Assembly: GCA_021432655.1 (NCBI GenBank)
Contig: MU271181.1
Coordinates: 15,189-79,188 of the forward strand
Reading direction: 5' to 3'
DNA length: 64,000 nt
DNA from: Atractiella rhizophila
Taxonomy: Eukaryota
Shown: positions 40,140 through 52,735 of the stretch, one piece after another
How positions within the stretch are numbered: position 1 is the stretch's first letter
Layout: each line of letters begins with the position of its first letter
Translations under genes and position numbers: made by a program
Notes under the pieces: generated by a model
The model's database searches: none
What the model was told of the DNA's origin: nothing
What the model saw: only the letters and a program-made list of their open reading frames with translations

Positions 40140-40681
40140 CAGTGTTCGCCATTTATGGTAAAGCAACCCCTTTGCTGGTATACCTTACTAGTACAGGTAA
40201 AGTATACCTAGTAAATTACCAGTACACCTTTAGCATCATGTGACCTCTATGATTACCAATTCCCATGAGATAAATTATCGTAATGCTCTGCGACTGAGTT
40301 GTAAATAGGAGTTAAGGAGGAGTAGAATGTGCAAAATACTTCTATTAATGAAAATCAAACTAGAACAAAACATGGAAAAGACATCCATCCTCATCGTCGT
40401 TACCTGTGACCTGGCACCTCACCGGTGTCCATTGTCATTCTTAGTCTTTGGGACATCACATTGTAGAAGTAGTAATCGCAGATGAAATTCCACCTGTGAA
40501 AATTTGTTTTGAGACAGCTTCGGACTAAAAAGCTACTTTGCCTGCCTCTCAGGCAGTCAGGGAAACACTGAACCTTATTTCCTTTGCCTGGTAACGCAGG
40601 TCAGCGGCTTCCCTGACTAGTACTTTACTAGTATAGTAAAGCGTATAGTAAGGTAAAGTAAAGCAGTACTGGTGAACACTG
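40140..40681. mobile_element. 542-bp non-autonomous hAT-type MITE
   Basis: TIRs cagtgttcgcca and (reverse complement) cagtgttcacca match 11/12. Perfect 8-bp TSD gtaaatac at 40132-40139 and 40682-40689. Subterminal actagta/gtaaag repeats. Confidence 0.93.
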
Positions 40682-41944
40682 GTAAATACAGCTTAGCGAG
40701 GTTGACGCTGGACCCGCAACCTGAGTCACTGACGGGGGCAAACTGGTCGCCCTGAGGGGTTTGCGCAAGTGACCGGAGGCCGTGAGCGAAAAATGGTTTT
40801 GCGCTTCAATTTTGTCATTGTACCGTCTTACCATAGCCACATTAAAGAGTTGGCAGTGGAAGAGTCTCGAAGACAACAGAGTCTGAGCTGGATTGGGGCT
40901 ATTTCTTGTTGCCAAACTGAATGGTATGCATTTCTTAAATGTTGTGGCCTTTTCTAACATACCGTCAGGATTTGGTAACAACAAGATAATGAGGCTGGTT
41001 ATGTGCCGTCCAAAATGCTTTCAGAGTACCAAGATTACGAAACTGAATGAGGGAAATCAAAATTATCGTTTGCAACCTGCGATGGACATGGACGTGGTGC
41101 ACCAGTGTTGGAACATCCGAAGTACGACGTTCATCTCACATGAGAAGGAAAGGATAAAAAAAAATGACCACTATCTCCGGACATTATACTTAAGGAAATT
41201 TCCACCTTGTCCCAATCACACCTCTCCAAAATTCCGCCCAACTCATCCCCCTTCCAACTTTCTCAGATGCCTTCCCCTCCCGGCTCCCAGCTGGGCAGAG
41301 AAGAGCCTACATTGCCCTCCCCTGTAAGGGACGTTGAAGTAGATTCTACCTCAACTTGGACCTGATGTCAAGGGTCCCTGGCTATCAATCTAAGGCTTGT
41401 CTTGAGCCTCAGACACCTAAAGCCAAAAAATTCCTCAACGTACCCCTGCCAAATGTCCTAGATCAGGATGCTCCCATCAAGATACTCCAGCTACTGCTGG
41501 ACTTCCTTTATGATACACACAGACTCAAACGTAACCAGAACTCGATGACATTCAAGAATCACAAGTTCGACTTCTTAGACAGCCTGGTGAACCATCTGAG
41601 CACTTGCCTGAGCTCCCCAGAGGCAAGATACTCTCCATCATCAGTAGGGCTAGAGGTCAAGAGGCATATTGAAACCCTAAAAGGCCAAGTAGCAAACCTC
41701 AAAGACACAGTGGCTGGTTCCATGCCAGGCAACTTCTGACTGATATATCAAAATGCTCTCAGCTGCGAGTTTCAACGGGAGTTGCTCATTCGTCCGTCAT
41801 CTTCTCCAAAAACAATCGGTTTCTGACTAGTGATGCTAGGTGGTAACCCATAAAGAGGAAGGTAGTGAAAATGCAACAGAAAATTGGAATAAACCTTGCA
41901 AGGTGAGATAGGACGTCATGTACACTTTCGCGTTGATCTGATAG

Positions 41945-42819
41945 GTAGGCTGACAATGTCCTCGAGCACATCGAGGGCTGGGATCCCGCCCTTCGAGCTT
42001 TGATAGGTCATTTCAAAGAATGTCTGGACTGGAAGCTCTGCTTTCGTGATCCTTTACCGACATGGATCTCCAAGAATGGCAAGGTAAAGACTTCGTCTAA
42101 TTCCAATCCGTGCTTAAAACTCTCTAGATCGCTCTCTTAGGTGGTAGGTGTTGCTACCCCTTAACAAAAAATTTTGCTTACGATGATCCTCCAACTACTT
42201 AGACGGATGTGAGTCTGTTTCACATGGTTCTATTCTTACTAACAGAGTCCAGCACACCCCTTCCTTCCTACGAGCATTCAAGGCGCCGGTCAGGCGCGCG
42301 TCTCATTCGAAGACGCGGAAAGGTGATGTTGAGAAATATGCAGGCATTTGAGGATGGAACCACACTAGGCATTGTTCTTGCACTGGCGGGTGCAAAAGCT
42401 GAATCCGTTCCTTTGGCTTTGAAGATATTTGAAAAGCTACGATTTGAGCGAGTTCGTGTTGCGCAGAGGAGTGGTGAAATGCAGGTGTGCTGTTCTCATC
42501 ATATCCTTTCCTTTGTCCTACTAATCATTCTATATGCACCTAGCGGAAGAATTGGCATGATAGTGCGGATAAGGACAAGGAGGACCTCAAGCTATCTACT
42601 CGAGACTTCTGCGATCACGATACAGAGGAATACGCTTTGAAAAACTTTCAACAAGTGGCAAAGTCCCTTGATCCTAGTTTCAGCCTTGACTCGAATTTGT
42701 GGCAGACAGTCGTGGAGGCAACTGATCTTGAGAAGTGTAGGAGAGGAAACGGTCCACTCTCGCCAGAAGGACTGAAGACATTTTTTCGAGATGCTCATAG
42801 CGAAGCTTCGAAATTCTAA
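41945..42819 (+). pseudogene. FAD-dependent monooxygenase (salicylate-hydroxylase-like), C-terminal part only
   Basis: EGWDPAL, DWKLCFRDPLPTWIS, HPFLPTSIQGAGQ and AFEDG..LG..L...PLALKIFEKLRFERV, split by short introns. No N-terminal GxGxxG seen. Confidence 0.82.
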
Positions 42820-43116
42820 ACTAAAATAAAGCTTTGTATTTTTTTACAGATTAAGTATTAGCATATCTAAGAAGAAATGTGATTTCAAGGAAGCTCCACT
42901 TCAAAAGGCTTTCCATGAGGCAGTCTCCCCACTGATATCCATTAGCTTCTCCTCCCTGCTACTCCTCCCTTCCTCAAAGTCTCCCAGACCGTCGTCTCCA
43001 TCATCTAGAATCCAATCTTTCCAAAGATGTTTTGTCTTTCCATTTAACCGGATCCAATCGCGTCCGCTCATTTTTTTCAATTGTCCCTCCTTAATTTCTG
43101 GATAAAACCTAGTTTG

Positions 43117-43294
43117 TGTCAGAGTTTGGCACTGTTTTAAGCTGCATTCGTGCCACTGTCATTTGTGGCTCTAGTTTTCTTTCCCCTTTGCCGTTTCTCT
43201 CATTTTGCTGAGTTCCTCAGGTATAAAAAGCCCATTATAACTTCATTGTAATGCATTCCTTTAGACCTTTGGAATCAACACTTCCTTCTACTCG
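43117..43294 (+). repeat. LTR-like repeat, copy 2
   Basis: Starts tgtcagag, contains a TATA box, and is the inverted homolog of about 15805-16000. Confidence 0.6.
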
Positions 43295-44851
43295 AAGTCC
43301 TCTCTTGCTCCAAACTCATCCCCTCCAAGATCAAGACCAGCTTTCGATCTCCCTTCTGAGTTCATTGCCCTCAGCAGCAGCCTACTGTTCTTCCTGCCTG
43401 CCCTTCCAGTGCATCCTCACAAATGCCCCGGCTCCCAGCTTCCAGTGAAAGCACAAGCGAAGAGCGACTGCTCAATGCTCCTCCCGACACCTCCAAGTCC
43501 AGCCAAACCTACCTCAATGGAACAGAGCCTATCATTGTAAATTGCAATAGCTTCCTCTTCACAGGACGATCACACTCTGTATGGTCGTCGCATGTGCCTT
43601 GCTTCTTGCCTGTAGCAAGCATATTTTGCGGAGCATGACCCATTCCAAGGAATTGCTTTTGATTATTCGTTTCAATAAATGACACTGTGCTGATCACAGG
43701 CTTGGGCCCGGTCTTGACATTATCGAACTTGATCACGCACCATCTTCATGTAGATGCCAGTGTGTTTTCTCTTCGTGAGTATGCACTCCTTTATCCTCTC
43801 AGGCCCCTATTCAAATCTGGAGTTGGGTTCCTTTAAGGACCGAAAAGTTGATAAAACTCAAAGGAACAGAGATAACAGGCACGTTTCATCCTCAACCAAC
43901 TTGATCCTTCTCCCCATTCTCAACGACGGCTGCCATCGTCGAAGAGTGCGGAGGAAGCGAAGGAGACGAACAGAGAGACAGGGACGGGAGTTGCAGTCAA
44001 ACCTGCTGATAGTGGTCCTGCTGTGACTGGAGAACCTTCTCTTCCTGCCACTGCCCAGACGAAAGAGGCATCGATGCCGCCACCTTCATCTTGGTGGAGG
44101 TGGGGCACTTCCGATCCTCAGCCACAACCTCCTCCATCTAACACTCCAGCTCCTCCGCCTCCACTTAGACTGCCTCCGGCCAATGTGCAACGGATCCATG
44201 AAGCAGTTGGTTGTGAAGGGACTCATCTGGTGCGCTGTCTCCTCCTTCTTGCTCCTTCATCGATAATCGCTCTAGTTGTGGTGAATCCTTCTATGCCCCT
44301 GTTCTTTTGTTCCTACTTCTACACTGATCTGGAACAACTTTCATTTTGTCCACTTCTTGAGTGCCTCTTCCTTCTGTGATGTTGTCCCCAACCGATTCCC
44401 TTTCCTTAGAAGCTTATATCCTCATGCCAGCTGTCTCCTTCGTCTTCATGTATCGCTCTATCCGAAGCTGTGGATGGGGAGGGAGGACGAGATGGTAGTT
44501 GAGTGAATCACATCTGTTGTCTTGTTGTAACTTTTTGCGACCTTCATTCAATTTGAAGCTGGATTCCCCATCAGTTGAAGTCGACATTGGGACTCCCTCT
44601 ATAGATTCTAATGCTGGTGAGGCAGCATGTGCTTGTTTTGCTTGTGTTGTTCGTTGACTGATGATTGAAGGATCTTTGGCCATTATATCAATGTCAGTTC
44701 TCCCAGTTGGTGTTTCTGATTGCGCTCTCTGTCTGGGAGAGGTTGTCTGCGTGTCTGATGATATTTGAGGAGGGGATATGTCTCGATCTGATTCATTTGA
44801 GGTGATTGAGGTTGTGTTTTCTTTATCAGTACCTCGTTCTAAAATTACCGG

Positions 44852-45285
44852 TGAATTACTCACTCCCAAACCATTGCTCTTGCAAGGCTTAGACAAGAGC
44901 CTGTACCCTCCCCCCCAGTCATTGCCTGCTGGAGCTTCACTTGAACCTTCGACGGGACCTGAGCCACTAGGAGGGACGGACTCAAGGATTTGCCCTACAT
45001 CTTCTCTTTCTTTTTGCCAGTTACCTCTCCTGCATATTGATTTGTCACGTTGATGGTGACAAGTGTTGGTGACATATCGAATTTTGTGTGGATGCTAGTA
45101 TCGTCCTGTTGTTCAGTGGATGAATTACTCACTCACAAACCAATGGTTTGGGAGGATGTGCTCTTGCAAGGCTTAGACAAGAGCCTGTACCCTCCTCCCT
45201 AGTTGTTGCCTGTCGCAACTTCACTTGAATCCTCGATGGGACCTGAGTCACTAGAGGGGACCAACTCCAGGAATTTCCTTACTCC
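44852..45285. repeat. Local direct duplication of about 150 bp
   Basis: About 44852-45001 and 45121-45285 share tgctcttgcaaggcttagacaagagcctgtaccctcc and similar flanking sequence. Confidence 0.85.
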
Positions 45286-45730
45286 TTTCCTGTCCAACTT
45301 TTCTATAACTCCTCTCAGCCAGGCCAGGAACAAGCCAGGAACTTTTGTAATGAAGACGATTTGTTGAATTTATACGCACTAGTAACAACAGGCGTTTTCC
45401 TTATCTCCAGAATGCATGAGCATTCTACCCTCTCATCTATCTGTTCCTTGGATGCTAGACACCGGGAATGGTGAGTGGGCTGCATCACTTTGCAGGAGGT
45501 TAGTACTCACCTTTCTTCTTCATCATCGAGACTGAGCCGAGCCCCTTTTCCAATTCCTGAGCTATGAATGGGCATTCCCATCGTTCTGTTACTTCACTTT
45601 CTGCTCCTTTGTCTCCTTCCCATTCTACTGACCTCCTTTCTGCGTCTTGTTTATACTGTACTTTCTTTTCTCCATCCTTGTTCAAAATGCACCTCTTAGC
45701 TTAGACCTCTCCCATCCTCTGTCACATATT

Positions 45731-45836
45731 TTTAGTCACGATTTGATTACCTTTAACTTAAAACGATGCTCCCAGAATGTAGAGCTACATTGATCATAGT
45801 CTGATTGCTCTCTAATATGACAACAACAACAACAAC
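45731..45836 (+). mobile_element. LINE-derived 3' end with (CAA)5 tail
   Basis: cccagaatgtagagctacattgatcatagtctgattgctctctaatatga(caa)n matches the terminus of the LINE at 35354. Confidence 0.8.
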
Positions 45837-46329
45837 TCTGGAGATCTGGATATCTGGATGACGCATATGCAGAGCAGAGTACAAAGCAAGAGCAAGCTGC
45901 TTACTACAAAACATCACATTCATTGCAGTTATCTTCATCAGCAAACATTCCACACTCTGATTAGTTTAAGAGAGCAGGGATATGTAAGGCTGTGAGGAGT
46001 GAGACCAACCAATGAGAATGTTGTATTTTAACTATGTAATGGTGAAATACATTGCCTGCGAGGCGCGAGACCAACCAATGAGAATATGACCTCACACTCA
46101 CAGGGCAATTTGCTTTTATCAGAGGACAGTGCTGAGTAATGAGAAGGCATAATTGGAAGTAAAAAGAAAAACTTGAGCACACCAAAGTAAGGATACTAAG
46201 AGACGTGAATGCTCCCAGAAAGTAGGAGGAATGGGTGCTCTGGTCATCCCATCACACTCCACATCCTACATATCAATTCGAGTAGTACATCCCTGATCAA
46301 TCGCTCAGAGAAAGAAACTCGTTTCGACG

Positions 46330-47816
46330 AAGCGTTGACTCGTTAAGGAAGAAAAAGGATAAGAGTACATGAATCTGAAGAGAGAGGACAACCAAACTTC
46401 GTTTCTTCCTTCATATCTCGATTTCAACTCAAGCAACTTGCAGAGTTGGTTTCAAGCCACAATTGGAATCAATCCCAAGTTGCCAGGCTGGAGGCGGACA
46501 GAGAATCAGTCGATAGAGTCCTTGAAGTAACCGTCAATGGATGGCTTCAGGTGTCTGCATGCCAGACTCCCAACACACGAAAAAAACGATAGATGTTAGA
46601 TAGACCCTATGTCTTCAGCTTGTCTCCAAAATCGTCAGAAAACTTCATGTCCGTGAAATCAGCCACAAGCGTCATTGATCAGCCGGCAACGTTCAAGATG
46701 TGAAAGGACGCACAGTAAAAAATTCCGATAGATCCAGCGACTTCTTTATCCAACCCTGTATCCTTATAATAAGGAGGAGCAGAGTATCCCAATTGACAAG
46801 GAGCCTCGTATGTAGCTTTTTTTGCGTCGCTATAGCCCAAATGATTTGGCTTCGCCACTTCAGTCGCCAGCTTATAGTTTTCGTAACCTGGCCCAGCTGG
46901 GACGCTCTGGTACTTGGCTTTGAACCCATCGCCAGTTCGAACATCAACTTTCCCTTGAATGACAGGTTTGATGATGTCAATGGCAGGTTGGTAACTCTAA
47001 GACGAGCATCAGAAGTCCGTTCCAGACACAGCATTTGACATACCTCGGTTTCCGTGACGCGCACATCCTGATGCTTGATCTGACATATACCCCAGGAACG
47101 ACGATGAGGAATCGGGGGAAAGCAGTGGAGACCTAACCATCCAGCTTAGATCCCAATAAATAGAGAGGACCAATGCAAGTCTTACCTTCTGGTCAAGCCT
47201 ACAATTCTTCCTTATAGACGCTGCTATTATAGTAGCCCCACTCAAACCTCCTGTCAAGTCCTGCGACGTGACAGTAATGAGAACATGTACAGTTCGACCG
47301 TGAGAATATTAATGGGGGACAAAAAATATGAGTACACACCACATGTGGACACTGGAGGGAAACGTGGGATCTAATAAACATGTTATTATATCGCAACAAG
47401 GTCGGTGTCAAAGGAAACGTACCAGGCAGCATCTCCAGCGACACGATAGTTCGGCCCAGATCACTGTCGTACCTATTATAGAATATCAGCCTCTCAGCCT
47501 GTATGCAAAGGGTGACATACGAAGATGCTAGCAGATCTCAAAGGCTCGCTCGGGATTCAAGTAGCTGTGCCCAAAAGTTCCATTACTTAAGAGCCTCTTT
47601 AAGGACTGCGGCGCAATATTCTTTAGCACTGGTGAATTCCTTTCGTATCTTCTTGAACAGAACCTCATTGTGGACTAGTCCGACTGAGACCCTTCCTTGC
47701 AGAGGGATGTACCAAACTCTTCCCGCTCCATACGCCAGGGATTGGAAGTAAGGTGCATTCTCATGATCAGTCCCTAGTATCACATTAGAGTCGTACTTGA
47801 CAGCCTCTGCGTTCAC
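46330..47816 (-). pseudogene. Flavin-dependent halogenase (fungal Rdc2/ArmH-like), C-terminal half, decayed
   Basis: APYFQSL..GRVWYIPL..VSVGLV (degenerate WxWxIP), SGPNYRVAGDAA, FI/DPTFPSSVH and TGGLSGATIIAASIR. Frameshifts; the left boundary is approximate. Confidence 0.78.
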
Positions 47817-48421
47817 TTCGTTATCAAATGCACCAAAGGCTTCTTGATATGCTGGGACTATTCCCTTGGAACCAGCTCAAGTTCAGTAATCGCTTTCAGC
47901 TGGCTTCAGTCACTTCCATGATCAATATGTCTTACGAATAAGGGGAAATACAGACTGATTCGCACTTCCTTTATCCCTCTTGTCTATTGTCACTTGCAAT
48001 CACCTTGCCAGACGAGAGCGATAAATTTTGGGAACCGCTCATACGCAGTGCAAGCATTAATTTCCTATTAATCCACCATGGATGGCATGAAGTAGTGAAG
48101 GGTAGTAAGTTTAATTGAGTCAATTGCCAAGATGTTCAAACTGTGCTAAAACATGAGATAGTCTCCAATGCCCCTGACAGACTTAGACACAAATATGCTC
48201 CAATTCACGATTTCTTTACAACACCTTCATCTGATAAACGGTACTCTCTCTCGCTTTCTGGCGACACACCCTCAACGGCTTCAAGTCTAATTACGCATCA
48301 GGACTTGGAACAACATTCACAGTTGACAAGCAGATGGACCTCTTTTCCACATTTATCTCAGTCTCGACATCAACTATCACACCGGCATAACTGACTTGCA
48401 AACCTCCTTCCATTCGCCTTC

Positions 48422-49230
48422 CTACACTCTGAAGATGGACGTCTGGTACCGTAGATACATCACCATTCCGAAACTTTGGAACGATATTGCTGTGCCCAGA
48501 GGAACCACTGGGGCCGGTGTTTTGGCTATGACTTCCTGCAGCACAATGTGAGAAGCCATCATCGTCGTGAATGTGAGGGCAAGCGGTCCTTTCAAAGCCG
48601 GATTGGGTACCGTAGGGATGCTAAGTTTTAGGTTTGCGAGTTCAAAGAAAGGTCTGTTTGGAAACATGGGGATATGAATACAAACCTGAAGTAGATCATG
48701 TTGACCAGGTTGCAGAGGGACACGACGGTGAAGTAGAGAACGCCATCACGCATGAAGGTTGAGAGGACCTTCGAAAGTGGTGCGTTCCGCATGTGAGCGA
48801 CCAATGGCCTTCAATAAGTCAGCACCCAGTCAGATGAGAGTTCAGACGCGACGGACACAAGCATGAATATCGTTGCGGTCGCGTCATAAAGGAGAAGTGG
48901 AAGCCTAGCATTCCTCTCAGCGACCTGATTCAGAGTGTTAAGGGTACACAAACCAATAAAGCCATATGTATCTTTACAACAGTGTCAGTCTTGTTCATGT
49001 TGGTTGGAGAAACAAATCACTTTTCACCTGGTCGAGTAGAGTAGCATCCTCTCAACCCGGGCAGTCTATGGTCACATTAGCATATATCTTCTATATCTCC
49101 TGCAGTTAGAAGACCTACAAAGGTATGGGCTTGTTCCCAGAAAACGACCAGACCTGAACTGCTTTGCCAACTATGGCAAAGATTCCCAAGAAGTAAGCAA
49201 CCCATTGACGACAGTTCCACATTACCCAGA
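48422..49230 (-). CDS. Basidiomycete multi-pass membrane protein (DUF6533-associated type), 3' exons
   Basis: VWNCRQWVAYFLGIFAIVG, LLLYDATATIFML, STFMRDGVLYFTVVSLCNLVN and TFTTMMASHIVL on short exons. Integrity and the 5' end are unresolved. Confidence 0.6.
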
Positions 49231-50920
49231 CTCTTGTGCCAAGGAGGAACTCGCAGTTCACTGGATCCATATCATATATCAATCAATGCACCAACCATTG
49301 AGTTTTGGAGGGGTGGCGTACGAAAGAGAAGTGTAGTTGGGATAGGTTCGTGTTTTCGGGGTTATATGCGCTTCTGTTCTAGCTCACCAGATTCCTGTGA
49401 CAGGTCCAACCCGCAGGATTCTTGGAACACGACATTTGCTTCTGCTCTGTTACTGTCAGAACATCCCCATTGAGCTGTTGCAGAAGCCTCTGTGCAGGGT
49501 TAATGCTCACCCACTTTTTGAACCCGTTGAGGGTGGGATCAAAGGTGAAATACAACTGGTTTTAAAACCTTGAGGCCTAATCTGGAGCTGTGATCTGGAT
49601 CCCATTCGGATCGCAACTATAGGCATGTGGGCAAACGCTGTCACTTCCGACTAATGCATTGCAACGGAGGGATTCAGTGATGACAGCAGTGTCATCCTCT
49701 TCTGTGCATTTCATACGCTACGGGCTTCAGAAAGCGGAATGACACAAAGCTAGTAGAGTTAATCTCTTAGGCCCCAATGAATGACCAATCCTTAAAAAGC
49801 AGTATATAGCGAGAGTGTTGTGTATGACTGCTGCTGAGGCAGCAATGATGCCTGGGATATCATCCCTATTGACCTCCATTGCTGCCACAAACTATTGGAA
49901 ATCGATGTGCTGAGGAGCAGAGCTAAGTATGACTTGGTTATGTTTAGCTAAGCTCTTGCAAACACATGAGGATCAGGGAGTGGAATTCTATGTGTTACAT
50001 AGCTTACAGCAGTAGCAACTAGAAGTAGTAGAACATTCAAGAAAACTAAGGAACTTTGCCAGCGGGTGGCACAAAACTAGACTGCAATTTCCAACACATA
50101 TACATCATCTAAGCCACAGACAGAGTACTGATCACTGCTCACCACATCATGAGTACTTCACTTATCTGTAAAGAGTAGGAATGTAGGGAAGGAATAAGAA
50201 AGGAGGAACGTATGCTCTAATGCACCTTGAGGTCACAACCCAATGTCGGTAGGGGCGAGCAACTAGGGATGATATGGATGAGAAGATACTGTTTGGGGAG
50301 GAACAATTCCGTCCCCTACAACAAGGAGGTACAAAGCCAGCCACTTCCAGAGAAAGAGCCACAATCAACAGACTGAATTGTAGTGTGCGGGGTAATACCT
50401 TACCGTTCTGCCATTAAGGTATTGCCAATGTTCGCCACAGCAACTTTTTTTGTTCTGCCATTGTTCTGCCTGGCAGGCGGCCACATCGGTTAGCTGCCAT
50501 GCCACTTTGGGAGCTTAATTTTGAGCTTAACTTTGAAATTTTTTTTGAGGTGCTCTATTTTTATTATAATTGTTTTGTCTCGTGTTGTTCTTTTCGAATC
50601 GACCCCGTTTACAACAAATGCCAAAACAAGAGTATCCACTCACCGGTAAGGGGAGAGGAGTGCAAGGTAGTGAAATGATTCCACACTTTGAGCTGAAGGA
50701 AGAATTGAACCCCTGCAAAGGTGATCTGTAATACTGGTGGACTGGCAGAACCGGGAGATAAATATATAAGGGAGTAATAATTTATGTTCCTGCTGATCAG
50801 CATGTCCTCGTTGCATCGTTCAAGCTCCTTCCACCTGGTTTGTATTACCTCACCCTGCTCAGAAAATGCCATATGGTGCCTTTCCCCCTTCTTCCCAATG
50901 GCAGTGCTAAGGTGCCTCCT

Positions 50921-51420
50921 GTTGCACATATGGGGAGTAAGGTTAGAAAAAAAAAGGTTCACTTGTGAGCGGAGTACGTTGGTGGGAGTGGGATGCAATG
51001 TATGTTGACAAGAAAAGTTAAGAAAGGAAGAAATGTAATGAAGCCCCAGAACCACGTACAAGGAATATGACCGTTAAGAAGGATGACCATGAGGGGGATT
51101 CTAAGTTGCAATGGCTAAGTGAAAGTTTTTAAGACATTCTTGGAGAGGACTTACCTTAGAGGTGATTAGTCCTCCCAGTCCTCCCTTTTTTCCTCTTCCT
51201 TTCCACCTCCTATCTTTTTTCTCTCCTACTTTCTCCTATCTAACACCTTTGCAGCCTCTTGATCCATAAGTTGAACTTGCCACTCCTCCTAATGAATTCC
51301 CATACCGCTTGGATCGCCTCCGGATTGCTTAAGAGGTTGCTGAGAGACCTGAACCGGATGTCCTTCTTCCTCAGCCTGACGCTTAGCTTCCTCCTTTCTT
51401 CATCGTGTTCTTTGCATTTT
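50921..51420 (-). mobile_element. LINE 3' fragment related to 35354-36730
   Basis: About 51167-51420 aligns with 35762-36020 (LRKKDIRFRS...PEA.QAVWEFIR). Decayed UTR motifs ttgcaatggcta (51106-51117) and cacatatgggg (about 50925). Confidence 0.88.
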
Positions 51421-51499
51421 CAAAGAAAAAGTGGGAAACAGTATCACAAATCCATGGTACCAAAACAGAAACAAAATAAGAAATCGCAGCAGTAACAAC

Positions 51500-52735
51500 T
51501 CTGAACACTCCCCTTTAATAAAGTAGGCGCTCTGTGCTTTTGCTTGCAAAGATGACCCATTCAGTCCGAAATCACAAACAGAAACTATCATTCCCTGCCT
51601 CTGATCAACAATAAATCCTCGACATTCCTCATTCCACTGCACTCCGTAACCATTGCAGTGGACCACTCCATTCTTCGTAAACCAACGTGAGACTAGGCAA
51701 TACTGACTGTTCTTCAGTTGGATGACTTCATCCACAAAGTATTGTTGGCCTCCAACGACAATGCAAGGTGTAAGTAGGCGGGTATTCACTCCTTTCAGCC
51801 ACTTAGAGCTCTTGAATCACATCACCAATATCTTCAGGGAGAAAGGGTAGATGTTTCCGAATTAGAGGATTGGCAATCGACTATTCCTTTCAACAATGAT
51901 TAGTCAAAGGTAGTTATCACATAGCCATCAATCAATAAGCGCACCTCTGCAATCATAGTATTGGGATCATTCACATATACCAGGTTCCCCCAATAACCTT
52001 GATACTCATGTGTATGAGCTCCAACTCCAACTCCTTTCATTTCCTCTGCAAACGCTTTCATGTACTCCTTTGATGGTAGGTGGGCTTTAAAGAGGGAATT
52101 TTCTTGACCAAGCTTAGGTATTACCTTCCAAAGAGGCTTTCGAAGGGATTCTGGAATTTTATGTCACAAGAGGTTGAGGAGAAGATCACAGAGTGCATGC
52201 TGCTTCTGATTAGAATATTGCACCTTGTAATAATAATGACAGACCTGTTTATTCCTATAAGGAAACCACTCCTTGATTTCCTCTGAGATGGGAACTTGAG
52301 TCCTGTTGCACTGAGGCAGGATGTCTAAGAGAAACCTTGAGTGGAATTCATGTAAAAATGACCAATCAATAACACACCTTCTTCATCTGACAAGGACAGA
52401 CTGTCCACCTCTTCTCTATCAAACTCATCCCACTCAAGTTCTTCATCCAAGTGATCCAAGATGTACTTTGCATGCAAATACTCTTCAGGTGCCAGCTTAA
52501 GCAGCATAGCTTCTTCATCCTCTTCTTCAGCCTGCATTGGAATGCAACTTTGAACAACATCCTCCGATCCTCCCAGGACAAAAGGTGACTCCTGAAACAA
52601 AATGTCTGGTAGGGAATCTCCTTGTTGCTCGAATTGTGGAGGTATCGGAGGGAAGAATCGACTGCTGTCATAATCCGTGGCAAAGGGTTCGTCTTGAAAG
52701 GTAGAAAGCCAGGAGTTCCTCAACTGAGATTTCAT
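51500..52735 (-). mobile_element. N-terminal fragment of a second CMC/Plavaka-like transposase family
   Basis: GNLVYVNDPNTMIAE, IANPLIRKHLPFLPED and LTPCIVVGGQQYFVDEVIQL..CLVSRWF resemble basidiomycete transposase-like proteins. Ends beside the LINE fragment. Confidence 0.5.

Noticed and set aside
41356..41739. Possible LINE ORF1 N-terminus after a C-rich leader
   Set aside because: Only compositional resemblance. No zinc knuckle or linked ORF2.
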